Shown here: piece by piece, positions 10,047-19,365 of the stretch | Numbering within the stretch: the stretch's first letter is position 1 | Layout of the letters: each line of letters opens with the position of its first letter | Assembly (NCBI GenBank): GCA_015520605.1 | Contig: WAPT01000004.1 | Location: 1-46,359, forward strand | Direction: 5' to 3' | Length of the DNA stretch: 46,359 bases | Origin: Nanobdellati archaeon | GTDB lineage: Archaea > EX4484-52 > WAPT01 | The notes under the pieces: generated by a model | Database searches by the model: none | What the model saw: the letters and a program-made list of their open reading frames with translations, nothing else | What the model was told of the DNA's origin: nothing | Made by a program: the position numbers and the translations under genes

Positions 10047-10655
10047 ATGGCTGGAGTGGATATCAAGCTCTTCAACAAGTGGAGTTTCAAGGGAGTTAAG
10101 GTGGATGATAGGGGGCTTGAGGCTTACATAAACCTGAAGCCAATGATATATCCCAAAAGTGGAGGTAGGTATGCCAAGCAGCAGTTTTACAAGTCCAAAA
10201 TGAATATAGTGGAGAGACTTGCGAACAAACTTTTTGTACCGGGTCACAAGGGTAAGAAACATAAGTACACAAGTGGTCATTGTGTTGGAAAGACACTGAA
10301 CGCATTTGCCATTATTGATGAAGCATTCGAGATAATTCACAAGAGAACGGGTCAGAACCCCATACAGGTTCTCGTTAAAGCAATAGAAAATGCTGCCCCA
10401 CTGGAAGAAGTCATAACTTACCAGAAGGGAGGTATATTTGTAAGAGAGCCGGTGGTAACCTCACCCCAAAGAAGAGTGGACCTCGCTTTGAGACACATAG
10501 CACAAGGTACATATCAGAAGTGCTTCAATAGCAAAAAGAGTGCTGCTGAAGCTCTGGCAGAGGAGATTCTCGGTGCTTACAACAAGGATCCTTCAAAAAG
10601 CTATGCATACGAGGAGAGGGTAAGACGGGAAAAGGAGGCTGCAAGTTCAAGATGA
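10047..10655 (+). CDS. rps7: 30S ribosomal protein S7 (uS7)
   Basis: IKLFNKWS, NPIQVLVKAIENAAP, SPQRRVDLAL; follows rps12. Confidence 0.98.
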   Translation: MAGVDIKLFNKWSFKGVKVDDRGLEAYINLKPMIYPKSGGRYAKQQFYKSKMNIVERLANKLFVPGHKGKKHKYTSGHCVGKTLNAFAIIDEAFEIIHKRTGQNPIQVLVKAIENAAPLEEVITYQKGGIFVREPVVTSPQRRVDLALRHIAQGTYQKCFNSKKSAAEALAEEILGAYNKDPSKSYAYEERVRREKEAASSR

Positions 10656-10692
10656 AGCAGCCACATTTTCTTTTATTCATCACTCATTATTT

Positions 10693-11217
10693 TTATTTCG
10701 GAAGTATTATGCCGCAGATATCATCATAGTTCCCTTCCACATAAGCTTTTGCTGCAAGAGCACACAGAAAAGCATCGAACTCGTGTTCACTGACTCCCTT
10801 CTGTCTTTCAATGCCGTAGATCTCCTGCACAGCTCTTGGAAACGTTTCTATAATTTTGATGCTGTGTTCCCTTTCTATCATCTCCTTCAGCCTCATCGCC
10901 CTCTCCACAAGAATTCTCATACCTCTGAAAACGGGAGGTAATACTCTATACCCACGCTGGATCAGCATGCGATCACAGGTTCTAAAGGCACCTTCACCCT
11001 CACTTGGAAAGGAAAGGGGAGCATCGATCGCAACCACAACCGGTTTGAACCTGCTGATGGTCCTCAGAATTTCCCCATCGGTGTGCATAGTGAATGTTAT
11101 GATTTTCTGCTCTTCATCACCCAGCTGTTTGAGAAAATAAACGCAGACTCCTGTGTCATTTTTCTCCTTACCCGCGAGATCAACTCCCATTACGGGCATC
11201 CATACACCGCTAGCCAT
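10693..11217 (-). CDS. DUF429-family RNase H-like nuclease
   Basis: GVDLAG, VAIDAPLSFP, FRTCDR, IETFP, FDAFLCAL motifs. Confidence 0.8.
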   Translation of the reverse strand: MASGVWMPVMGVDLAGKEKNDTGVCVYFLKQLGDEEQKIITFTMHTDGEILRTISRFKPVVVAIDAPLSFPSEGEGAFRTCDRMLIQRGYRVLPPVFRGMRILVERAMRLKEMIEREHSIKIIETFPRAVQEIYGIERQKGVSEHEFDAFLCALAAKAYVEGNYDDICGIILPK

Positions 11218-11695
11218 GCTTTTTCATAAACTCCCTCTCGAGTTTTTTAATCTTCTCAACCCTCCTGATCCTTTTTTCCTCCCTTCCGAACCTCGCATGC
11301 AGAAAAGCTTCAACAACCTTTTTTGCCACACCTTCTTCCAGAAACCTGCCTGCCAAGCAGGCGACATTCGCATTATCATGCTCAACCGCTATCCCTGCGC
11401 TTCTCTCATCCCATATTTGAGCAGCGTAAATGCCCGGGAACTTATTTGCGGCTATGCACATACCTTGACCGGATCCGCAGATGAGAACCCCCCTTATATC
11501 CTCATTGTTATCATCACTTTCCTTTTCCTCCAGAAGCTTTCTACAGAGCTTTTCCGCGTAATCGACAAAATCATCTTCAGCATCGTACTCATAAGGGCCA
11601 AGATCAACAATATCGTAGCCTTTTTCTTTGAGAAAGCTAGCAAGTGCTTTCTTCATCTCAAAGCCCGCGTGATCGCTTGCTATCAGAACCCTCAT
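11210..11695 (-). CDS. rpiB: Ribose-5-phosphate isomerase B (RpiB/LacAB family)
   Basis: IASDHAGF, ICGSGQGMCIAANK, HDNANV, RRVEKI; start moved to ATG 11695. Confidence 0.93.
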   Translation of the reverse strand: MRVLIASDHAGFEMKKALASFLKEKGYDIVDLGPYEYDAEDDFVDYAEKLCRKLLEEKESDDNNEDIRGVLICGSGQGMCIAANKFPGIYAAQIWDERSAGIAVEHDNANVACLAGRFLEEGVAKKVVEAFLHARFGREEKRIRRVEKIKKLEREFMKKHG

Positions 11696-11798
11696 AAAAA
11701 TAAGCGCATATAAAATTTTAAATAAGGAAAGCACGAGTCTTGAACTCTTGGAACCTGTGCGAAAACCTTTATATGGTTTTTCTACCAATTACACCTTC

Positions 11799-13781
11799 AT
11801 GCCGCTGCCGGAAAGAAAAGCACTATTCATCGATACTGGCCAGAGAGAGTGGAGGATTGAAGAGGTTGAGGACGAAAGAATTCTGGGTGTCCTTGACTTT
11901 GGTGTTGAAATGCATCTGAACAGATATGAGTCGTGGCGTCACCATCCGATCAGTCCAAAAAATGCTCTCATCTTCGGAGTTGGACCGCTTGCCGCATCCA
12001 ATATTCCGGGCACGCACCGCCTGATCTTTTGTGCGAGGTCCCCTATTTGGAAAGGGTTCTTTACATCCACCATGGGCGGAGCAGGCTACGTTTTTTGCGG
12101 GTTGAATGTTAACTTCTGTTCGATAGAGGGAGAAAGCAGCACACCTCTCATACTCAGAATCTCTAACATAAACGGCAAACTTAATGTGGAGTTCTTCGAG
12201 ATGGACAATGACCAGCTGCTTGCCATCTACGGTGGCTACAGGGGCAAGCGCGGCCTTTACGCTCTTCAGCAGTACGTCATAGACAACTATGGAAACGTGT
12301 TCGTTGATAACAACATTCCGTTCAGGGTTCTTGCCGTGGGACCGGCAGCGCTGAACACATACTACGGAGCTATATGCTCAACAGTCATAAGAAATGGCAA
12401 AATGCTTGATGGCATAAATGAATTTGCCGGAAGGGGTGGCTTGGGCAGCGTTATGGCTCAAGCTCACGGTGTTGTTGCGGTAATTTACGGTGGGAACGAC
12501 TGTCACAAACACGAGAAGCTGAGCGATCAGCAATTTGTGGAGAGAATCTTTGAGGAGGAGTTCGGAAAGAAGATGATAGAAGTCATTATGGAGAAGGGTA
12601 AAAAGTACTACTACGATCCTGCCGTTGGGTCTGGAGGAACCTACGGGGTAAACTTCTCCACTCTGGGATCATGGCTGCTCTTCCTCAACTGGTCTTCCGT
12701 GTACTGGAGTGAGGAGAAGAGGCAGGAAGCGTACGAGAAGCTGATAAAGAATCATTATCTCAAACAGTTTAATGAGGAGATTATCAAACCAAGAAAGTTC
12801 ATGAACTGTGGAGAGCCATGCCCGCTCGTGTGCAAAAAGTATTCAGACTACAAGAGGGATTATGAACCCTACGAGGCTAATGGACCTAATGCCGGGATTG
12901 TTGATATGAAGGCAGCAGACATGGTGGTGGAGAAGGTAGACGAGCTCGGATTTGACGCTATACAGATAGGCACCATAATCTCTTGGATAATGGAACTTAT
13001 GCACCGCAACATGCTGAAGCCAGAGGACTTTGATCTGAAAAAGAAACCCGCATTTGATATTGACAGGCTGGACGTAAAAGCATCGTTCCATAACGCTGAG
13101 ATTGCCGTGAAACTCGTTGAAAAGATAGCTTATGGAGAAGATCTCGGTAAAATTTTCGCGCAAGGTATAAGACTTGCGGCTGAAGACCTTGAATCCATGT
13201 TCCATCATCCCGCTCACGAAGGGGAGTTCAAGGACTTTGCTGTTTACACCCCTTATGGGGAAGATGGAGAGATAGCTCCATGCCAGTACTGGGTTCCTGG
13301 CTTTTTCATTCCGTTACCCATTCAGGGTAAGTTCCTCACATATTATCATGCTGAGTGGCTCGATCCCTACGAGCTCGGAAGGAAGAGTGGGGAGCGCACG
13401 ATAAAGGAGCTTTACTCTACCAACAACGGGCTCTGCAGGTTCCATCGGGGGTGGAGTGAGAAGATAATAGAGCGCATAGTCAATGAGGCTTTTGAGACTA
13501 CCATAAACTTCTACGAGCATCACAGAAGGCTCGCTGCAAGGATCTGGCTGTATGATGAGAGATGCAGTCTCAAGCCCACATTCTGGGACTCGGAAAGGGT
13601 TGTGGATGTGATATGGAAGCACATAGAGAAACTTTACGAGGGAAATAAGCAGAACAAGGAGCTGAAAAAATGGGTGGAGATGTTCCGTAAAGACAAGTGG
13701 CTGGCAGCAAAACATTACTGGCTCAGGGTGCTGGATGGAATTCACGACGCTATCGGGATGGAGAGGGAGGTAAAGATCTGA
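11799..13781 (+). CDS. gor: Glyceraldehyde-3-phosphate:ferredoxin oxidoreductase (GAPOR, W/Mo-pterin AOR family)
   Basis: GTHRLIFCARSP..STMGGAG, AGRGGLGS, CGEPCPLVCKK, DYEPYEANGP, GLCRFHRGW; ATG 11799 about 25 nt after TTTATAT. Confidence 0.85.
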   Translation: MPLPERKALFIDTGQREWRIEEVEDERILGVLDFGVEMHLNRYESWRHHPISPKNALIFGVGPLAASNIPGTHRLIFCARSPIWKGFFTSTMGGAGYVFCGLNVNFCSIEGESSTPLILRISNINGKLNVEFFEMDNDQLLAIYGGYRGKRGLYALQQYVIDNYGNVFVDNNIPFRVLAVGPAALNTYYGAICSTVIRNGKMLDGINEFAGRGGLGSVMAQAHGVVAVIYGGNDCHKHEKLSDQQFVERIFEEEFGKKMIEVIMEKGKKYYYDPAVGSGGTYGVNFSTLGSWLLFLNWSSVYWSEEKRQEAYEKLIKNHYLKQFNEEIIKPRKFMNCGEPCPLVCKKYSDYKRDYEPYEANGPNAGIVDMKAADMVVEKVDELGFDAIQIGTIISWIMELMHRNMLKPEDFDLKKKPAFDIDRLDVKASFHNAEIAVKLVEKIAYGEDLGKIFAQGIRLAAEDLESMFHHPAHEGEFKDFAVYTPYGEDGEIAPCQYWVPGFFIPLPIQGKFLTYYHAEWLDPYELGRKSGERTIKELYSTNNGLCRFHRGWSEKIIERIVNEAFETTINFYEHHRRLAARIWLYDERCSLKPTFWDSERVVDVIWKHIEKLYEGNKQNKELKKWVEMFRKDKWLAAKHYWLRVLDGIHDAIGMEREVKI

Positions 13782-14193
13782 GATTTTCCTCAAAAATCTT
13801 GGAAGATGGGCCGTAATTTTTCGTTCCCTTTGCCTTGAGGTAAAGATTTGTATATTTTTTAACATTCCTCGAATTTACCCAATCGTGGTGCCTAAACCCT
13901 CCGCCAAAGCATTTAGGTATGTGCATCAGTTCATGAATCACAGTTTCCACTTTTTTCTCGGGGCTGAGCTCGTCAAAGTTTTCAGAAATAACTTCGATGA
14001 TGTAGTAGGGTTTGAGTCCCAGCGCTTTTTGCCATATTTTACCAAGACCGTGACATCTCGCAATAACTCTTTTTGATGATGAACCGTAACTCCTGATAAA
14101 TATCACTCTGTTGAGATCTATGTGCTCCCAGCCCAGCGTTTTCACAATGTCTTCCGCAAGTTCTCTTACGTCATGAGCTATCACATATTTCAT
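13750..14193 (-). CDS. Putative HEXXH metallopeptidase (phage-metallopeptidase-like, common in archaea)
   Basis: VIHELMHIP..FGGGFRHH, ARCHGL, YIIEVISE. Confidence 0.8.
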   Translation of the reverse strand: MKYVIAHDVRELAEDIVKTLGWEHIDLNRVIFIRSYGSSSKRVIARCHGLGKIWQKALGLKPYYIIEVISENFDELSPEKKVETVIHELMHIPKCFGGGFRHHDWVNSRNVKKYTNLYLKAKGTKNYGPSSKIFEENLRSLPPSPSR

Positions 14194-14228
14194 AACGCTT
14201 CATCACCCTGCTGAAAAGCAAGTTAAGG

Positions 14229-15257
14229 TCATAGAAGTTTGCTGAGCTTTTCCGCAAGCTCCTCAGGTAGTGTGTGGATAACGGATTCCTCGTAGAAAAT
14301 TTCCATGAACCCTCTATCGCAGGTGTAATGAGGATTTGGATCCGGTCTGGCAATAAACCTTGCAAGGACGGGAAGAGATTCTGCCTCCTTCTCGGTGAGA
14401 GGGAACATTATCGTCGCGTTCATACTTTTGAATCCGGCATTTTCATAAGCTCTGAGCATTCTGAAGAAATCAGATGCCACGTTTTTGACTTCGTCTGTGG
14501 TGTGTCCGTCAAGGGGCTTTCTCTCCCCTATCCCATACGTTTCAGCGTTCGCCACGGGAGCAAAGCTACACACGAAATCAAAATAATCTCCGCTTCCGGC
14601 GAACCTTTCCTTATCCTCATTTCTCAGCAGGTTCCAATAACACTTTCCGTGCTTCCTTCTGAATTTTTTTGAAGCTTCTATAAGTAAATGATGCGCATAA
14701 AGCACGGAGTCCTCGCAAACAACCTGCATGTGCGGGTGCTCTATTGAAGCTCCTGCGGGATACATGAAGTTAAGGTTGATATAGATGTACTGTCTGCCGT
14801 GCTTCGATGTGAGGTATTCGTAATATTTACGGATCGCCAGGAACGCGTTTATCCATGTCTGTTTGTGTATTCTCGATATCTGCGTCTCGTGATTCCCTCC
14901 AAGCACAACAATGGTATGGTTCTTTGCAAAAGGATACTTATTAGGCACAAGAACGACCTTGCTCTTGCCTGAGCCGGCGATAATCCTCCCTTCTTTCCCA
15001 CCGATTTCCTCATCCACAAATCTCTGAAGCGTTTCATCCCACTTTTCCTCACAAAAAATGCACGCATCACTTTCTGTTACTCCTCCTTCCTTTTTGGTAA
15101 GCGCAGTAACGACGTGCGGTCTCTTTGCTCTCGTGACGTTTATCCTTACCTTTCTCCCCGTGAGCGGATCGTGTCTGATTTCAAGAATGCTTACCTCCTC
15201 TTTTCCGGAAGGATCCATGCTTTTAATCTCGTAGACCTCCTTAATAAACGCGAGCAT
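14229..15257 (-). CDS. Galactose-1-phosphate uridylyltransferase (GalT)-family HIT-like protein
   Basis: EIRHDPLTG, RAKRP, CIFC, PNKYPF, AGASIEHPHMQ (HxHxQ); start moved to ATG 15257. Confidence 0.85.
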   Translation of the reverse strand: MLAFIKEVYEIKSMDPSGKEEVSILEIRHDPLTGRKVRINVTRAKRPHVVTALTKKEGGVTESDACIFCEEKWDETLQRFVDEEIGGKEGRIIAGSGKSKVVLVPNKYPFAKNHTIVVLGGNHETQISRIHKQTWINAFLAIRKYYEYLTSKHGRQYIYINLNFMYPAGASIEHPHMQVVCEDSVLYAHHLLIEASKKFRRKHGKCYWNLLRNEDKERFAGSGDYFDFVCSFAPVANAETYGIGERKPLDGHTTDEVKNVASDFFRMLRAYENAGFKSMNATIMFPLTEKEAESLPVLARFIARPDPNPHYTCDRGFMEIFYEESVIHTLPEELAEKLSKLL

Positions 15258-15409
15258 GTGAACCCTTAGGACTTCTCTGTTTATTAAGGTTTTGGTAATT
15301 TGAGATGTAACGTCTCCCACGAAATCACTCGGCACAGAAGAAAGCACGCAGGCTTAGATCAGCAAGCACTTTCCCAGCATGAACAGACAAACACAACGAT
15401 AAATATCGA

Positions 15410-16060
15410 TCACTTCATAATCCCCACAAAGAACGCGTGATCCTTCTCGAACGGATCAAGTCTGAGCTCCGCCCTTATCTCAAACATTTCTTCCAGCTTT
15501 TTCCTGCACTCCTTAAAGATCTGCTTCGGTTGCTTGCTAACATCTATGCTTCTCGCTTTTACCGCTATCATCACCCATCCCCTCTTTTTGAGAAACGCCT
15601 CAGCATTTCTCATCAGTATCTCTATCTGGTCGGGCTGAGCAACATCTTCATATATGACATCAACTTCCTCAACAAGGTGTGCATATTCAGCAGGAATCCT
15701 GGCATCCCCCAAAATCGGGGCTATGTTCTTTCTTTTTTTACACACGAGCATGAGATCTCTTATCACTCTTGGAGAAAACTCCACACCGTATATTATGCCC
15801 TCTTTATCCACAATATCCGAAATGTGGCTTGCTGTCGTTCCCGAGGCTATACCGAGATAGAGAACCTTCGTGCCTCTGTCGAGAGGGAGAAATTTGAGAC
15901 CTTTATGGAGGGCTGCGCAGAGCTTGCTTTTCCTTGGATTCCACAATCTATAGCGCTTTCCACCTCTCACCACTATCTGTTCATCATAAACCTGCTGCTT
16001 CCACACGTCAAAGGTTGCGAAGTGCTTCCCAATTCTTATCAGATTTTGAGGCAGCTTCAT
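15410..16060 (-). CDS. flpA: Fibrillarin-like rRNA/tRNA 2'-O-methyltransferase
   Basis: YRLWNPRKSKL, VLYLGIASGTTASH, YEDVAQPDQ, LDPFEKDH. Confidence 0.98.
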   Translation of the reverse strand: MKLPQNLIRIGKHFATFDVWKQQVYDEQIVVRGGKRYRLWNPRKSKLCAALHKGLKFLPLDRGTKVLYLGIASGTTASHISDIVDKEGIIYGVEFSPRVIRDLMLVCKKRKNIAPILGDARIPAEYAHLVEEVDVIYEDVAQPDQIEILMRNAEAFLKKRGWVMIAVKARSIDVSKQPKQIFKECRKKLEEMFEIRAELRLDPFEKDHAFFVGIMK

Positions 16061-17112
16061 GCTTCCACTCCCTTCTGGAGTCTCCTCATCTCCTCTTCAA
16101 GCTCAGCTTTGAGTTTGTCCCCCTCAAACTTCTCCGGATTAAAGTAATCGAGCTTAACCGCTATGGCTATTTTGCTCGCGAGCTTTCTTGCCATCTTGCC
16201 CCTCATTCTCTTGGGAACTCTCTGGATGTACGGCGTCAGAAATATGACCCCATGCTTGGGAGACTTTCCCTTTCCGCTCAGGTAGCGGAAAAGAGCCTTT
16301 TCAGCTCCAAGAACCTGAATGGTGGACGAAGGCAACTTTGCAAGCTTCTCGAAGCTACCGGCAAGCGTTAAAAGCTTTGCGGCTATCTCCGCCCCGATGA
16401 TGTGAGTTGTGTTCGGCATCAGCTCTTCCATCTTACGCTTGAGCTCAGCTTTGAGCTCCTCTCTCGATCTGTACAGATCCTCTATCCTCGAGGCAAATTT
16501 TCGTATGACCTCAAGTTCATCATTCTTCATGTCAAACCCGACGCTGTCTTCACCCCTGTACAGTTTCTTCACAATATACTTCACTATTTCCTCGTTCTCC
16601 TCCGTCCTTACAAACTCCGGGTAGTACATGCCGTACCATTCCCTCAATCTCACAACGAGAAGGTTTATGGCCTTATCAAGTTCGTCTATCGCTTCGGCAA
16701 GGTGCATTATATGCCTGTCAAGGTATTGTGATGATTTAAGCCTGAGTTTGGTGTAAGTATAAGCTACCTCGCTCATGAACCTGACAAAAGATTTTTTGTC
16801 CTTTGCAAAACCGTGCTTTCTGGCAATACTGAACAGGTTTTTCCTGACCTGCTTACCTGCAAGGTTCGGAAACTGGAATGCCTGTCCCTCCTTCTCCCTT
16901 TCAAAGACCACATCATGGGATGGAGAGAAGCGCTCCACGATCTCCCTTTCGTCATCGCTCAGTTGCTTGCCTGAAACTTCGAGAAGTTTTCTTGCCACCA
17001 TCTCCGGATCTTTTTCAAAAATGAGTTCATGCACAATTTTTTCAGCTTCATCAACGACGAAAATTCCTGGAGGAGAAATGGAAACAAAAAGCTTTGGCCT
17101 TGAACTGCTCAT
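16057..17112 (-). CDS. nop5: Nop5 (Nop56/58) box C/D RNP protein
   Basis: RLREWYG..YPE, PSSTIQVLGAEKALF, PKHGVIF, RGKMARKLA; overlaps the flpA start. Confidence 0.96.
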   Translation of the reverse strand: MSSSRPKLFVSISPPGIFVVDEAEKIVHELIFEKDPEMVARKLLEVSGKQLSDDEREIVERFSPSHDVVFEREKEGQAFQFPNLAGKQVRKNLFSIARKHGFAKDKKSFVRFMSEVAYTYTKLRLKSSQYLDRHIMHLAEAIDELDKAINLLVVRLREWYGMYYPEFVRTEENEEIVKYIVKKLYRGEDSVGFDMKNDELEVIRKFASRIEDLYRSREELKAELKRKMEELMPNTTHIIGAEIAAKLLTLAGSFEKLAKLPSSTIQVLGAEKALFRYLSGKGKSPKHGVIFLTPYIQRVPKRMRGKMARKLASKIAIAVKLDYFNPEKFEGDKLKAELEEEMRRLQKGVEA

Positions 17113-17178
17113 ACATCCTGTGTTAGAGAGAAGATTTTTAAAGGTAAGGCTCAAAGAAGTTTGGTGTGGTGGTGACGC

Positions 17179-17370
17179 ATGGGAAGAATAAGAACGGCGA
17201 TGGTTAAGAAGATTGCAAGAAGACTTGTGGAGAAGTACCCGGAACTATTTACTGCTGATTTTGAACACAACAAGAATGTTCTTAAGGAGCTCAATATAAT
17301 CCCGACAAAGAAGCTGAGAAACAGGGTAGCTGGCTACATGGTAAGGATAGTCAAAAACAGAAAGTTCTGA
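17179..17370 (+). CDS. rps17e: 30S ribosomal protein S17e
   Basis: MGRIRT, FTADFEHNK, KKLRNRVAGY. Confidence 0.97.
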   Translation: MGRIRTAMVKKIARRLVEKYPELFTADFEHNKNVLKELNIIPTKKLRNRVAGYMVRIVKNRKF

Positions 17371-17397
17371 TTTTTTCATCTTCAGGGAATTTCCAAA

Positions 17398-17566
17398 TCC
17401 TCAATGTTCTTTGCACCCACGAGGATACTTTCCATGTATCATTCTTGTTCTCTGGTGGCAAACGAGCGAATGTTAACACTTCTCGCCTCCAACCACTCCT
17501 TTACAAATCCCGTTATGATTACGTTCTTCTTTTTCAATTCCTCAATGTTCTTTGCACCCACGAGGA
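17398..17566. repeat. 28-bp exact direct repeat TCCTCAATGTTCTTTGCACCCACGAGGA (17398-17425 and 17539-17566)
   Basis: Both copies read directly; one intergenic, one inside the fni 3' coding region. Confidence 0.9.
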
Positions 17567-18545
17567 ACATGAGCATTTTGAGCTCCTTTATCCATCTCTC
17601 TATAATTTTTTTAACTTCCTCATGACTTTCCATTGCTGCCTTGAGAAATGGTCTTGCCCCTCCAAAGTAGTTTGCACCGAGCGCTATTGCTTTCCCACCA
17701 TCCGTCCCGCTCCTCACACCGCCGGAGGCGATCACAGGCAGGTTGGTTGAAAGGACACACTCAACAACGGATATCGCTGTGGGGATTCCCCAGTTTTTGA
17801 ACACCACGCCCAGATCATTTTCCCTTTGGCGTAGATGTTCCACATAGGCAAAGGAAGTTCCTCCCGCGCCACCAACATCGATCATGCTGAAGCCCGATTT
17901 TTCAATCCTGACGGCAACCTCTCTTGATATGCCGGCCCCCGTTTCCTTGGCTATGATGGGAAAGCTGACGTGTTTTATTATGTCTTCGACAACGCTAAGC
18001 GCATTTCTCCACTTTCTGTCTCCTTCAGGTTGCACAACCTCCTGCAGCGGATTAAGGTGAAGTGCTATAGCATCAGCGTCCATTCTCTCCACAGCTTCGA
18101 CCATCTCCTCCAGCCCGTAGCCGTTAGAAAATTGCACGATCCCAAGATTTGAAATCAGGGGTATGGAGGGGGCAACATCCCTTACCTGATAGGTGTACCA
18201 TAGCCTCTTATTCTCTATTGCGGCCCTTACAGAACCGACACCCATCGCTATACCACATTCTTCTGCTGCTCTGGCGAGGTTTACGTTTACCTTATGTGCT
18301 ATTTTAGCCCCGCCCGTGATCGCTTCTATCACAATCGGAGCGTTCATCTTTTTTCCAAACATCCTGCAGGATGTATCAACATCATCCATATCCGTTTCTG
18401 GCAGCGCATTATGTATGAGATGAACATCATCAAACCCGGGAGAAATATCCGCCTCAACATCCTCTCTCATGCAGAGCTTTAGGTGATCTTCTTTTCTTTT
18501 TTCAATCATTCTCAGCACATCATCCATACTCTCATTTTCCGGCAC
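17439..18545 (-). CDS. fni: Type 2 isopentenyl-diphosphate isomerase (IDI-2)
   Basis: RKEDHL, HNALPE, AITGG, HLNPLQEVVQPEGD, KETGAG, GAGGTSF, WGIPT, ASGGVRSG. Confidence 0.96.
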   Translation of the reverse strand: MPENESMDDVLRMIEKRKEDHLKLCMREDVEADISPGFDDVHLIHNALPETDMDDVDTSCRMFGKKMNAPIVIEAITGGAKIAHKVNVNLARAAEECGIAMGVGSVRAAIENKRLWYTYQVRDVAPSIPLISNLGIVQFSNGYGLEEMVEAVERMDADAIALHLNPLQEVVQPEGDRKWRNALSVVEDIIKHVSFPIIAKETGAGISREVAVRIEKSGFSMIDVGGAGGTSFAYVEHLRQRENDLGVVFKNWGIPTAISVVECVLSTNLPVIASGGVRSGTDGGKAIALGANYFGGARPFLKAAMESHEEVKKIIERWIKELKMLMFLVGAKNIEELKKKNVIITGFVKEWLEARSVNIRSFATREQE

Positions 18546-18623
18546 AAAAACTTATAAAGCATCTCGCCTATACAGTTTCAATATGCACTTTCAAAAGCCC
18601 AAAATACCCGAGGTGGTGTTTAA

Positions 18624-19274
18624 ATGCCGTTAGGAGAGGTTGCAACAACATTTGTGCAGAATTTCATAGCTTACATACCGAACCTTGTGCTGGCAGCGCT
18701 GGTGCTCGTGGGTGGTTACATAGCGGGCAAGGTGGTTGAGACAGTGACATTCAAGTTGCTCAGCAGGACAGCAATAGAAAAGTTCTACAAGGAGAGAACG
18801 TATTTAAGCGTGGCTTTCATATTTGCGCTGATCTTTAAGTGGGTGACCATCCTGTACTTCTTGGAGTACGCAGCGGAGATTGCAAAGATAACAGCACTCG
18901 TAAATCTTCTAAACAGCATCATAGCGATAGTGCCGGGGATCATAGGCGCGGCAGCAGTGCTTCTTGGAAGCTACGGCGTAGGACTTTACATTAAGGACGA
19001 TATCTTCAGAACAAAAGAATTCTACGGTAATCTGCTGGGGAAGCTAATATTCCTCTTCATACTCTACGTCGGCATAACAATCTCACTTCAGCTGCTGCAC
19101 ATACCCACGGCTCTCCTGAACTATCTGCTGTTGCTGATAGTCGGTGCGTTTGCCTTTGGAATAGCTTTAGCAATCGGGCTTGGACTTAAGGACCTCGTGG
19201 CAGAAGTCGCAGAGAGCTACATTAAGGAGTACATTCAGACCGGTGGCAAACAGGCGAGGTCAAGAAAGAAGTGA
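18624..19274 (+). CDS. Membrane protein with TM-helix repeats (MscS/CmpX-like N-terminal type)
   Basis: Repeated YIPNLVLAALVLVGGY / IVPGIIGAAAVLLGSY, terminal AIGLGLKD; five hydrophobic segments. Confidence 0.7.
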   Translation: MPLGEVATTFVQNFIAYIPNLVLAALVLVGGYIAGKVVETVTFKLLSRTAIEKFYKERTYLSVAFIFALIFKWVTILYFLEYAAEIAKITALVNLLNSIIAIVPGIIGAAAVLLGSYGVGLYIKDDIFRTKEFYGNLLGKLIFLFILYVGITISLQLLHIPTALLNYLLLLIVGAFAFGIALAIGLGLKDLVAEVAESYIKEYIQTGGKQARSRKK

Positions 19275-19365
19275 CACGATCAGAACATTCAGGATTTCGG
19301 TTTAACTTTTGACTTTTCGACCGTTTTTCTTTTTCTATCTTCATTATTTTTTGTAGAGCCAGATG

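Noticed and set aside
10047-10700. str operon stops after rps7 without EF-2/EF-1a/rps10
   Set aside because: Breakage at this point is common in archaea.
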